From NCBI GenBank assembly GCA_051531975.1, contig JAOPTT010000002.1, positions 153,968-217,967 of the forward strand: a DNA stretch of 64,000 bases, written 5' to 3'. This document shows positions 19,992 to 29,741 of this stretch, one piece after another (the stretch's first letter is position 1; every line of letters starts with the position of its first letter). The translations under genes were made by a program, and so were the position numbers. Under the pieces are notes generated by a model. It had not been told where the DNA came from and searched no databases. It saw only the letters and a program-made list of their open reading frames with translations. Source of the stretch: Spirochaetaceae bacterium (GTDB lineage Bacteria > Spirochaetota > Spirochaetia > DSM-2461).

Positions 19992-20806
19992 AAAAAGCAA
20001 TTTTAATACTTATATTACCACTATATATTTCCTGTAACAAAGGAACCGATCCATTAATTGACTATAATACAAATATTAAAAACATTATTATAAATAGCGA
20101 AAAAATAGGCACTACCATCAAGTTAGATATTGCTACAGAAAGTGGGATATTTTTAAGTTACCCAGAACATGTAGTAGAGAGTTATTCATTAATAAAATTT
20201 CTTTCATCATTATTAAAAAAATATGGGGACGTTACAGTCTTTTTACCACAATACCCTAAAGGTGTAACTTCGGAATCTTTAATAGACATACTAAGAGTTG
20301 AAGCGCCTCTATTAGCGACAAAAGAAATTTTAGAACTTAGCCTTTATTTAGAAAAAGTAGATATTGAATTAACGGGAACATTAAGTAAAACAGATGGAAA
20401 AGTTATAATTTTAGCCCCAGAAGAACATTATAATGATCTAAAAAAACAGGTTTTAAACCATTTCCCAGCTAATGATCTTATTTATATGATAATGGTTGGA
20501 ACGGAAATTACATCGGAAGTTAAACCAATTATAAAATTGCTCCCAGAGGGGAAAAAAATATCTTCAATACCTATAAATGTCACAAAGTTTAGTAGTAAAC
20601 TTGATGACTTTGATATCTTAGTATTAATGGATGAAACAGATAAATATAATTTAGTTACACCTATAGAACTTTATAACCAGGGGAATTACCACTTAGCCCC
20701 GGTCGGTTTTTTAGATAATAACGATTCAATTTTTGAATCTTTAACCATAAAGAAGCTTAATAATGCTTTACCTAAACGAATAAAAAAATATGGAGAGAAG
20801 TTATGA
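19985..20806 (+). CDS. Hypothetical lipoprotein
   Basis: GGAGG RBS, TTG start, KK-hydrophobic-LYISC lipobox. Confidence 0.7.
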   Translation: MLKKAILILILPLYISCNKGTDPLIDYNTNIKNIIINSEKIGTTIKLDIATESGIFLSYPEHVVESYSLIKFLSSLLKKYGDVTVFLPQYPKGVTSESLIDILRVEAPLLATKEILELSLYLEKVDIELTGTLSKTDGKVIILAPEEHYNDLKKQVLNHFPANDLIYMIMVGTEITSEVKPIIKLLPEGKKISSIPINVTKFSSKLDDFDILVLMDETDKYNLVTPIELYNQGNYHLAPVGFLDNNDSIFESLTIKKLNNALPKRIKKYGEKL

Positions 20807-23388
20807 AAGAGATACTTTTAAATGATTACAAAAAACCGGATTTTATAATCCCTGAAGTAAACATAAATATAAATATTTTCGAGAAAGAGACAATAGTACA
20901 GACAGAGTTAACAATTATTAGACAGTGTGAGGATAAAACAACACCACTAATTTTAAATGGAGAAGATTTAATTTTAAATGCACTTCAGATAGATGGTTCA
21001 GATTTTTCAGACTACGACTATAAAGATAATTTATTAACAATTAACGGTGTTCCTGATAGTTTTGTTCTATTTTCAGAAGTTAAGATAGATCCAATCAATA
21101 ACAAATCTTTAGAAGGATTTTATAAATCTGGAGATATTTTATGTTCACAAAATGAAGCTGAAGGATTTAGACGAATAACATTCTTTTTAGATAGACCTGA
21201 TGTTATGTCTAAATATCTAGTTACCCTAGAAGCTGATAAAAAACAGTACCCATACCTTTTAAGTAATGGAAACTTAATTAAAAGTATAGATGTTGATAAC
21301 AATAGACATAGAAATACCTGGCAAGATCCATTTGCAAAACCATGTTACCTTTTTGCTGTTGTTGCAGGAGATTTAGAACTAACAACTGATAGCTTTAAAA
21401 CACAAAGTGGCCGAACAATAAATCTAGAAATATATACTGACCATGGTAAAGGATCTCAATCCATACACGCTATGGAATCTCTAAAAAAGTCTATGACATG
21501 GGACGAAGAAGTATTTGGCTTAGAGTACGATTTAGATATTTATATGATAGTTGCTGTAGACTCTTTTAATGCTGGAGCAATGGAGAATAAAGGTCTGAAT
21601 ATTTTTAATTCAAAATATGTATTAGCTGATCCAAATACTGCTACTGATTCAGACTTTGAAGGGGTTGAAAGTGTTATAGCCCACGAGTATTTTCATAACT
21701 GGACAGGAAATAGAGTAACCTGTAGAGATTGGTTTCAATTAACATTAAAAGAGGGTCTAACTGTTTTTAGAGACCATGAATTTTCTTCTGACATGACTAA
21801 TAGAACTATAAAAAGGATTTCTGATGTTTCAATTCTTAGGAATCATCAGTTCCCAGAGGACAAAGGACCAAACTCTCACCCTATAAAACCAGAATCTTAT
21901 ATCGATATAAATAATTTTTATACAGCAACTGTTTACGAAAAAGGTGCCGAAATAATCAGAATGATCCACACCATTATTGGTAAGGAGAAATTTAGAGATG
22001 GAATGGACTTATACTTTAAAAGACATGATGGAGATGCTGTAACTACAGAGGATTTTGTTGCAGCTATGGCTGATGCTTCCGGAATAGATATGACTCAGTT
22101 TAAACGTTGGTATAGCCAAGCTGGAACTCCAATAATCGATGTAGAATCATCATATGATAAAGGAGTTTTTACTCTAAAAATAAAACAAACTATTCCTAAG
22201 ACAACCTATAATGGAAAAAGAGAACCTTTATACATTCCATTTAACATTGGGTTATATACTGCCCAAGGTACAGACCTAACACCAAAAGATCAGAGGACTA
22301 TTATTTTAACAAAAGAGTCTGAAGTTTTTACTTTTAACACAGGTGAGAAAGTAATACCATCCTTGCTTCAAGGTTATAGTGCCCCTGTTATTGTAAACTA
22401 CGGGTACACTACAGAAGATCTATTAACCCTTCTAAATTTTGATATAGATAACTTTAATCGTTTTGATGCGTCTAGACGTTTAGCTATGATATCCATAACA
22501 AATATATTAGATAATATAAAAAGTGGAAAAGAGAGTGAAATAGACTCTAGAATAATATCTGTCTATAAAACACTTCTAGAGAATAAAGATCTAGAAAAGA
22601 GATATCTAGCAACACTGCTATTTATACCAGAAGTTAAAAATATTGCTATGTTAATGCCAGAATATGACTTTGTCTTAGCAAATATAGCCAGAACAAAATA
22701 TTTAACTCTACTAGCAACAGAACTTAAGGGAAACTTATTTAGAATATTTGAAGATAATATTAGAGATAAATATACATTTAATAAACAAGCTGTTGGAGAG
22801 AGAAGTTTAAAAAATAGATCTTTATACATTCTAAGTTATTTACACGATGATATTGCACAGATAGCTTTAAAACACTTTGAAACATCTGATAATATGACAG
22901 ATTATTTAGCTGCTTACTCAGCACTGCAAATGTGCTCAGACAGTATTAGAGTTAAGGCTAATGAACAATTCTTTTCAAAATGGAAAGACAACTTTTTAGT
23001 AATGAATAAATGGTTTAGTGTTCAGGCTTCCAGGGATGATGTAAAAGTATTAGAGGATATTAAAAAGCTTAGTAAACATCCTCTTTTTGATAAAACAAAC
23101 CCTAATAGTATCAGAAGTATTTATGGAGTATTTTCTAGATCAAATATATCCCAGTTCCATAGAACAGATGGTATAGGATATGAGTTCTTAGCAGATATAA
23201 TAATAGATGTTGATAGTTTTAACTCCCATATTTCATCAAATATGGCTGGTGCATTTCAGGATTATCAATACATCTCTTTAGAGTTATCAAAACTTATGAA
23301 GGTTCAGCTAACTAGAATATTAGAAAAAGATAAAATATCTACAGGTCTTTTTGAAATAGTTTCAAAAACCTTAAAAACAAGGTCATAG
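20803..23388 (+). CDS. pepN: Aminopeptidase N (M1)
   Basis: GAMENKGLNIFN, HEYFHNWTGNRVTCRDW, LKEG, YEKGAE. Confidence 0.97.
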   Translation: MKEILLNDYKKPDFIIPEVNININIFEKETIVQTELTIIRQCEDKTTPLILNGEDLILNALQIDGSDFSDYDYKDNLLTINGVPDSFVLFSEVKIDPINNKSLEGFYKSGDILCSQNEAEGFRRITFFLDRPDVMSKYLVTLEADKKQYPYLLSNGNLIKSIDVDNNRHRNTWQDPFAKPCYLFAVVAGDLELTTDSFKTQSGRTINLEIYTDHGKGSQSIHAMESLKKSMTWDEEVFGLEYDLDIYMIVAVDSFNAGAMENKGLNIFNSKYVLADPNTATDSDFEGVESVIAHEYFHNWTGNRVTCRDWFQLTLKEGLTVFRDHEFSSDMTNRTIKRISDVSILRNHQFPEDKGPNSHPIKPESYIDINNFYTATVYEKGAEIIRMIHTIIGKEKFRDGMDLYFKRHDGDAVTTEDFVAAMADASGIDMTQFKRWYSQAGTPIIDVESSYDKGVFTLKIKQTIPKTTYNGKREPLYIPFNIGLYTAQGTDLTPKDQRTIILTKESEVFTFNTGEKVIPSLLQGYSAPVIVNYGYTTEDLLTLLNFDIDNFNRFDASRRLAMISITNILDNIKSGKESEIDSRIISVYKTLLENKDLEKRYLATLLFIPEVKNIAMLMPEYDFVLANIARTKYLTLLATELKGNLFRIFEDNIRDKYTFNKQAVGERSLKNRSLYILSYLHDDIAQIALKHFETSDNMTDYLAAYSALQMCSDSIRVKANEQFFSKWKDNFLVMNKWFSVQASRDDVKVLEDIKKLSKHPLFDKTNPNSIRSIYGVFSRSNISQFHRTDGIGYEFLADIIIDVDSFNSHISSNMAGAFQDYQYISLELSKLMKVQLTRILEKDKISTGLFEIVSKTLKTRS

Positions 23389-23787
23389 ATGAAGGTATCA
23401 GCAAAAGGTAGATATGCAGTTAGATCTGTAATAAATTTATCAAGATCTACAAATGGACAGAAGTCAGTCCGGGAAGTTGCAAAAGAGGAGGATATCTCCT
23501 CTGACTTTCTAGAAAAGATATTCTCAAAACTAAAAAAACACGGAATAATAACCTCTGTCAGAGGAGCCCACGGAGGTTTTTCTCTAAATATTCCAGTTCA
23601 GGAGATTACTATTTTAAGTATCTTAGAAGCAATTGGGGAAGAGCTAAGTCCAACACCCTGCTCATCTGATAAATGTGGGAAAGAGTGTGATATTTCTTAT
23701 TTCTGGGCTATGACAAAAGAGCATATCTCACAATATTTTGAAAGAATTACAATTAGTGATATTATTAACAGAGAGATAAATATTTAA
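23389..23787 (+). CDS. Rrf2 family transcriptional regulator with three Cys (potential Fe-S)
   Basis: KGRYAVR, FLEKIF..LKK.G...SVRGAHGGF, CSSDKCGKEC. Confidence 0.9.
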   Translation: MKVSAKGRYAVRSVINLSRSTNGQKSVREVAKEEDISSDFLEKIFSKLKKHGIITSVRGAHGGFSLNIPVQEITILSILEAIGEELSPTPCSSDKCGKECDISYFWAMTKEHISQYFERITISDIINREINI

Positions 23788-23790
23788 CTA

Positions 23791-23831
23791 TACTTCAGAG
23801 ACTTGACTAATACTTCAGAAGACTCCAAGAT
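23791..23831 (+). promoter_or_regulatory. Promoter with a TACTTCAGA direct repeat flanking the -35 box
   Basis: TACTTCAGA at 23791 and 23811; TTGACT(23803)-17 bp-CAAGAT-5 nt-ATG. Confidence 0.5.
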
Positions 23832-23836
23832 AAGAT

Positions 23837-24739
23837 ATGTGGATAATTTTTAGTTTAATAGCAACTCTAAGCCAGGTAACCAGAAACCTGTTTTCTAAAC
23901 AATTAGTTTCCAGCTACCCGGTTATGGTTATAGCTTTGTCCAGATTTATATATGCTCTTCCTGTTGTACTTATTTCATACTTAACCCTGGCAAATATTAA
24001 AGGTTCAGTTAATATAGACTCCAGTCTATTTTTTTTATGGGCTTTGCTAATGGGAATATGTCAGATATTAGCAACATATTTTAGAGTCTCTCTATTTAGA
24101 TATAAAAGTTTTGCAGTAAGTTTAACTATTGTCCAGATAGATACAATAATAGTAGCAATAATTGGTGTCCTTTTTCTTAAGGAGTATCTGAATGTTTATG
24201 CATGGATAGGTCTATTAACTGCTACAACTGGTCTGATTTTAGCTTCATTTTCTAAAAATAGAGTAACACTAGAAAATATAAAAAATAGTCTATTTACAAA
24301 GTCATCTTTAATAGCTCTTTTAACTGGACTGTTTTTAGCCCTGGCAGGTGTATGTGCAAAACAGACTTTTAGCTATATATCAGGACCTAATAACATTTTA
24401 GAATCTCTTTTTTCACTAAGCTTTATCTTAATATCAGAAATATCAGTTCTACTTCCAATATCACTGTATAGAGAAAAATCATCGGTTCTTTTACTTTTTA
24501 AAAAGCCAATTAAACCTATGATAATTGGAATATGTTCTGGAATTGGCTCGTTTTGTTGGTTAACAGCCTACTCTTTAACTAATATTGCCTACGTAAGAAC
24601 CGTTGGGCAGTTAGAGTTTATTATTGCGACACTTATAACTGTATACTACTTTAAAGAGAAGATTTTTAAACTAGAGATAACAGGAATGATCATGGTATCC
24701 TTAGGAACATTAATACTTATATTTCTAAAGAATAGTTGA
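23837..24739 (+). CDS. DMT/EamA family transporter
   Basis: About 10 TM segments; LFLKEY and YFKEK repeat ends; AYVRTVGQLE. Confidence 0.88.
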   Translation: MWIIFSLIATLSQVTRNLFSKQLVSSYPVMVIALSRFIYALPVVLISYLTLANIKGSVNIDSSLFFLWALLMGICQILATYFRVSLFRYKSFAVSLTIVQIDTIIVAIIGVLFLKEYLNVYAWIGLLTATTGLILASFSKNRVTLENIKNSLFTKSSLIALLTGLFLALAGVCAKQTFSYISGPNNILESLFSLSFILISEISVLLPISLYREKSSVLLLFKKPIKPMIIGICSGIGSFCWLTAYSLTNIAYVRTVGQLEFIIATLITVYYFKEKIFKLEITGMIMVSLGTLILIFLKNS

Positions 24740-24785
24740 CTTCTGTATTAATTAAGAAGTAATTTACGTTCATAAGGAAATATAT

Positions 24786-26201
24786 ATGAAAAAAGATAAA
24801 TTTGAGAAATCAGAAATAAAAGGAATGTTTGAAGGACCACTGCCACCAGTAATTATGAAACTTGCTATACCAATTTTAGCAGGTATGGTATTTCAACTTC
24901 TATATACAATTGTAGATACAGCATTTATTAACTTTATAGATTCAAAAAATCCTGCAATATTAGGTGGAACAGGTTATATCTTTCCAATAAGTTTTGTTGC
25001 TATGGCTATTGCTAATGGACTATCTGTTGGTATGTCAGCTCTCGTTGCAAAAGGCATTGGTAAAAAAGATAATAACATTATTTATAAAACAGCTGAGTCT
25101 GGTCTTTTTCTAGCATTAATTGCTTCAGTATCTATTTATCTGTTTGGGTATATATTTGACGAAGAGATTGTCCATGCTCTAGGGGCAACCGGGGATTATT
25201 TCAAATATGGTTTAGAGTACTTTCAGTATATTCTTCCAGTAACAGGGATTATGTTTTTTGGTAGTGTTTTAGGTGGAATCTTACAGGGTGAAGGCCTAAT
25301 GAAGAAGTTCATGAAATCTATGATTATTGGAACTGTACTAAATATAATATTGGATCCTATATTTATATTTGAATCAATTGATCTAAAACTATTTACAATA
25401 CCTGGGTTAGGATTGGGCGTTAAAGGTGCTGCTATTGCTACGGTTATTGGGCAAGGATTTGCTCTAATATACACCCTGTCAGTATTTATCAGAAAACAGA
25501 CCTTAGTTGCTCTTGAATGGAAAATATCCCATATTTCTGCTACTATAATGAAAAGAATAGTTAAAATTGGTTTTCCACAGAGTTTTGGACAGTTAGTAAT
25601 GTCTGGGGCATTTTTAGTCATGAATAGAATCGCAACATCTATTGATCCTATAATTGTTACATCATCATCTTTGGTTGGTAGAATGGAGCAGTTAGTATAT
25701 ATGCCGATCTTTGCAGTCGCTGCAGCTACTATAACTATCGCAGGTCAAAATGTTGGTAGAAAAAATATGGATAGAGTTGAAAAAACATGGAAAACCAGTA
25801 TTGTACTAAGTGGAGCCATTGTTCTTTTTACTTCTACACTCTTTTTTATATTTGCGAACAGTATATATGGAGCATTTCAGCAGACAGATATTGTGACAAA
25901 TTATGCAGTAATGCAGACCAGATATATAATGCCATTTATGTTAATTACATCTGTTGTTATAATTACAAGATCTGTTTATCAGGCTATTGGTTACCCTATA
26001 CCTGGTTTAGTTATAACTTCACTTAGATTTTTTCTGATTGTTATTCCCGTAATGTATTTTATGGTATATGTATTAGATTTTGGTTTTAAAGGAATGTTAT
26101 ATTCACATATTATATCTATGTGTTCTACAGCAGTCGTTGCGTGGTTCTGGATGAAAAATACAATGAAGAAGTTAAAAGCTGGTACATTAAAAACAGTTTA
26201 G
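24786..26201 (+). CDS. MATE family efflux transporter
   Basis: LAIP...QLLYTIVDT, LNIILDPIFI, GVKGAAIAT, AGQNVG. Confidence 0.93.
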   Translation: MKKDKFEKSEIKGMFEGPLPPVIMKLAIPILAGMVFQLLYTIVDTAFINFIDSKNPAILGGTGYIFPISFVAMAIANGLSVGMSALVAKGIGKKDNNIIYKTAESGLFLALIASVSIYLFGYIFDEEIVHALGATGDYFKYGLEYFQYILPVTGIMFFGSVLGGILQGEGLMKKFMKSMIIGTVLNIILDPIFIFESIDLKLFTIPGLGLGVKGAAIATVIGQGFALIYTLSVFIRKQTLVALEWKISHISATIMKRIVKIGFPQSFGQLVMSGAFLVMNRIATSIDPIIVTSSSLVGRMEQLVYMPIFAVAAATITIAGQNVGRKNMDRVEKTWKTSIVLSGAIVLFTSTLFFIFANSIYGAFQQTDIVTNYAVMQTRYIMPFMLITSVVIITRSVYQAIGYPIPGLVITSLRFFLIVIPVMYFMVYVLDFGFKGMLYSHIISMCSTAVVAWFWMKNTMKKLKAGTLKTV

Positions 26202-26208
26202 TTTTATA

Positions 26209-26228
26209 GTCCCTATAGACATAGGGAC
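26209..26228. terminator. Hairpin between the convergent MATE and proB genes
   Basis: GTCCCTAT-agac-ATAGGGAC; weak U-tract. Confidence 0.5.
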
Positions 26229-26244
26229 ATAAACATAGAGACAG

Positions 26245-27012
26245 TTATTTTGCTTTAAACAGTGTCCGGGGTTCACTACCATCTATAATATTTTTTAATG
26301 GTCTATGTCCACTTCCTACAACTGTATCTATACCTGCATCAACACAAGTAACAGCCGCAGTAACTTTAGAAAACATACCACCTAGACCTAGTGAGTTAGT
26401 CTCTGGAGTTGCCATATTTTTGATTTCGTCGGTAATTTCATCAACCTGTTCTATAAATTTTGCATTACCATCTTTTTTAGGGTTACCATCATATAAACCG
26501 TCAACATCTGTTAACATTACTAATAGGTCGGCATTCAGTTCTTTTGCAACAAGTGACGCTAAGATATCATTATCAGTAAAAAGTCTCTCGTAATCCAACT
26601 CTTCTTTGTTTACGAGGTCATTTTCATTCATAATAGGCAAGATACCACGTTCTAGGTAAGCTTCTACAATGTTTTTAACTGATATCTTCTCTTTGGAAGT
26701 AGCAAAATTATGATGAGTTAATAATATCTGAGCAACAAAAACAGACTCATCTCTGAACCAGTTTCTATAAAACTCCATAAGTTTAACCTGTCCTTGCCCA
26801 GATAACAGTTGTAACTCTACAGTATCCTTTGGTCGAACTTTAACATTACGAACTTCCATTCCTGCAGCAACAGACCCAGAGGAGACAAGAATAACCTGAT
26901 GTCCATCTGCTATTAATTCTGAGATCTCTCTGATTTTATCACCTAACCAGTTGTAATTAATGCTACAACCACGGCTTATTAAGGCACTTCCTATTTTTAC
27001 TACAACTCTCAT
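26245..27012 (-). CDS. proB: Glutamate 5-kinase (no PUA domain)
   Basis: VVKIGS, VSSGSVAAG, NEND, DNDILA, TDVDGLY, GGMFSK. Confidence 0.95.
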   Translation of the reverse strand: MRVVVKIGSALISRGCSINYNWLGDKIREISELIADGHQVILVSSGSVAAGMEVRNVKVRPKDTVELQLLSGQGQVKLMEFYRNWFRDESVFVAQILLTHHNFATSKEKISVKNIVEAYLERGILPIMNENDLVNKEELDYERLFTDNDILASLVAKELNADLLVMLTDVDGLYDGNPKKDGNAKFIEQVDEITDEIKNMATPETNSLGLGGMFSKVTAAVTCVDAGIDTVVGSGHRPLKNIIDGSEPRTLFKAK

Positions 27013-27017
27013 TATAA

Positions 27018-27030
27018 ATCCTTATGGGTA
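27018..27030. repeat. Left 13-bp direct repeat (att-like) of the island
   Basis: ATCCTTATGGGTA, identical to 45790-45802; contains the proB SD (AAGGA on the minus strand). Confidence 0.85.
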
Positions 27031-27359
27031 GTCCATTTATACAGTGTTTCTAGGTTTTGTATCACTTGTATAAACACTGATATGATAAAGAGTAACATCA
27101 TTTTCACTCAATTTATCATAAGATAGTTATATCATTATTAGAAAAATATTACTATATTTAGCAAGCTGTTAAGTTTTTGGATTTAGTTCATGTTTTTTTG
27201 ACTCATATTAGTTATAAAATAAAAGGAAGTATCAGATGTAGAGTGATTAACATGTGAAGTCAATATTATGATAAATGGACTTAGTGTATGTTCTCAAATT
27301 TGATTACTTCCTTTTCTACAAATTTCGTAGACTATTTTTTTAAACAAATTCTTTCTAAT

Positions 27360-29636
27360 TTACCACTTAATATTACACCGTTGGACTTCTATTCTGGACT
27401 CTCCGTTAAACTTTATCTTTATAGGACCCTCTGCACCCTGTATTCTATATTCAATCAATTGGTTATTTTCCCACTCAATATCAACGATTAAATTACCCCT
27501 AGCCTTAAGCCCCTTAATACAACCACTACTCCATTCCAAAGGTAATGCCGGTAATAGTTCTATATAATCCATATGACTCTGCATTAGCATCTCAGCAATT
27601 CCAGCTGTTGCTCCAAAGTTTCCATCAATCTGAAAAGGAGGATGAGCATCAAACATATTAGGATATATAGACTTTGTTAACATGTCATTCAAATATTTAC
27701 CAGCTAACGTAGGTTCTTTTAACCTAGCATATAGATTAATAATCCATGCTAGGCTCCAACCAGTATGTCCACCACCATTTAGTAACCTTAGTTCTAGACT
27801 TCTCTTTGCAGCAGTAAATAACTCTGGTGTTTCATCATTGATTGCATTCCCTGGATATAAGCCATATAAGTGTGATACATGCCTATGTCCCATTTCAGAT
27901 TCTTCAAAGTCTAAATACCACTCCTGTAGCTGACCCTTTGCACCTATATTATAGGGATATAACTTAGGTAATCTGGTTGCTAATTGGTTCTCAAATGCCC
28001 CTGTTACACCAAGAATTTTAGCCACACTAATACATGTATTAAATACTTCTCTTATAATCGTCATATCCATAGTCGATGCTTTTGCAACAGAACATTCCGC
28101 CCCACCCTCCGTTAAGAAGGCATTTTCTGGGGATGTTGAAGGAGATGTCACGTAGTAACCTGACTCATCTTCCTGTAACCAATCGTAGCAGAACTTTGCA
28201 GACCCCTTCATCGTTGGGTATACAGATTTTAGGAACTCTATATCCTGTGTAAATAAGTAATGCTCATATAAATGACTTACTAACCATGGACCTGACATCT
28301 GCCAGTATGCATATCTAGCCATACCATCTATGACCGTTGATTTTCTCCATAAATCTATATTATGTGATCCTGTCCAACCACCACAACCATATTGCTCTTT
28401 GGCTGTTACTGCACCTGTTATAGATAACTCCTTAATCATATTAATTAGTGGCTCATGACACTCGGATAAATTGCAGTTTTCAGCTAACCAATAGTTCATC
28501 TGAATATTAATATTAGATGTATAGTTACTACACCAGGAAGGTCTAACTTCATAATTCCATATACCTTGTAGTGTTGCCGACTGACTACCTTTTCTAGATG
28601 ACGTTATGAGTAGGTATCTACCATAATTAAAGTATAGTGGTATTAGTGATAGATCACTCTTCCCTGCCCTTAAGTTCTCTAACCTAACATCTGTTGGTGA
28701 ATAACTCTTATCTTCAGTCTCAAGTGTGAATTCTACTTTGTTATATAATTTCTGGTAATCATCTTTGTGGTCATTATATAAGGCATCATAACCTTTTACG
28801 ATTGCCTTATTTACACGTTCACGAAGCACTGCAACAACTTTATCTATTTCTTCTAATTCTGCACTAAATCCACAGTATGTTGTCTCTGTTGCTGTAACAA
28901 TCAACACTTTGGTAGCGCCTGTTATTGAAAGTCCACCACCTGTTCTATATGTTGAACCATCAGTAATAACTCTTGTATAAGCTCCGAATTCTAGAGCAAC
29001 ATTCTCATCTTCCAAAGAATAAGCTATAGGTGACTCATTGTAGGTTCTATGAGACGGATCAACTCTCTCTGGTGCCCTACCTGTCATTAAAATTGCTGAA
29101 TCATTTTTACAAATCGTCTTATGTAATAACTTAGAATCCATACCAAGTTGCATATCGAATTCAGCTTCTGCCTCCATTTTATAGACACCAATCTTATCAG
29201 GATTACTGATAAAAGCTCTTCTAGTGTACTTAAAACCATCTATTTTGTATTCTATATAAGTTGTTGCATCAGTTAGATCAAGGCTTCTTTTATAACCTTC
29301 CTTCCTAAGGAAACCATCATATCTAAGCTGCATTCTAATATTACCAAGGGGTAAATAACTCTCTGAATATTCACCTTGCATTTCATGCTCTATTAGCTGT
29401 TGGGCTCCTAAGTATTCACCTTTATTAATTAACTCTCTAGCTTTTTCTAGATGATTATATGCTACTTTATTTTGATTTTCATTATGATAACCAGACCATA
29501 ACGTATCATGATTTAATTCTAAAAGTTCATCCCGGATTCTACCATATACCATCATTCCCATATGACCATTCCCTAAAGGTAATGCCTCTTCAAAAAGATC
29601 TGCTGATTGCCTGTACCACAATGTATTGTTGTCCAT
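27360..29636 (-). CDS. GH95 family glycoside hydrolase (alpha-L-fucosidase-like)
   Basis: EALPLGNG, YFNYGRYLL, YTSNINIQMNYW, SPEN, HRHVSHLYG, HPPFQIDGNFG. Confidence 0.95.
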   Translation of the reverse strand: MDNNTLWYRQSADLFEEALPLGNGHMGMMVYGRIRDELLELNHDTLWSGYHNENQNKVAYNHLEKARELINKGEYLGAQQLIEHEMQGEYSESYLPLGNIRMQLRYDGFLRKEGYKRSLDLTDATTYIEYKIDGFKYTRRAFISNPDKIGVYKMEAEAEFDMQLGMDSKLLHKTICKNDSAILMTGRAPERVDPSHRTYNESPIAYSLEDENVALEFGAYTRVITDGSTYRTGGGLSITGATKVLIVTATETTYCGFSAELEEIDKVVAVLRERVNKAIVKGYDALYNDHKDDYQKLYNKVEFTLETEDKSYSPTDVRLENLRAGKSDLSLIPLYFNYGRYLLITSSRKGSQSATLQGIWNYEVRPSWCSNYTSNINIQMNYWLAENCNLSECHEPLINMIKELSITGAVTAKEQYGCGGWTGSHNIDLWRKSTVIDGMARYAYWQMSGPWLVSHLYEHYLFTQDIEFLKSVYPTMKGSAKFCYDWLQEDESGYYVTSPSTSPENAFLTEGGAECSVAKASTMDMTIIREVFNTCISVAKILGVTGAFENQLATRLPKLYPYNIGAKGQLQEWYLDFEESEMGHRHVSHLYGLYPGNAINDETPELFTAAKRSLELRLLNGGGHTGWSLAWIINLYARLKEPTLAGKYLNDMLTKSIYPNMFDAHPPFQIDGNFGATAGIAEMLMQSHMDYIELLPALPLEWSSGCIKGLKARGNLIVDIEWENNQLIEYRIQGAEGPIKIKFNGESRIEVQRCNIKW

Positions 29637-29669
29637 ATAATGTATATCTCCAAAATCCGTTAGTTTTTT

Positions 29670-29712
29670 AAAAGAAAAGCTACCTTTTACAATATAAGGC
29701 AGCCTTTCTTTT
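29670..29712 (-). terminator. Stem-loop after the solute-binding protein gene (terminator or mRNA stabiliser)
   Basis: AAAAGAAAAGCTACCTT...AAGGCAGCCTTTCTTTT imperfect inverted repeat with T/A tails. Confidence 0.6.
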
Positions 29713-29741
29713 TAATTAAAAGTTGTATTAACTATTATGTT

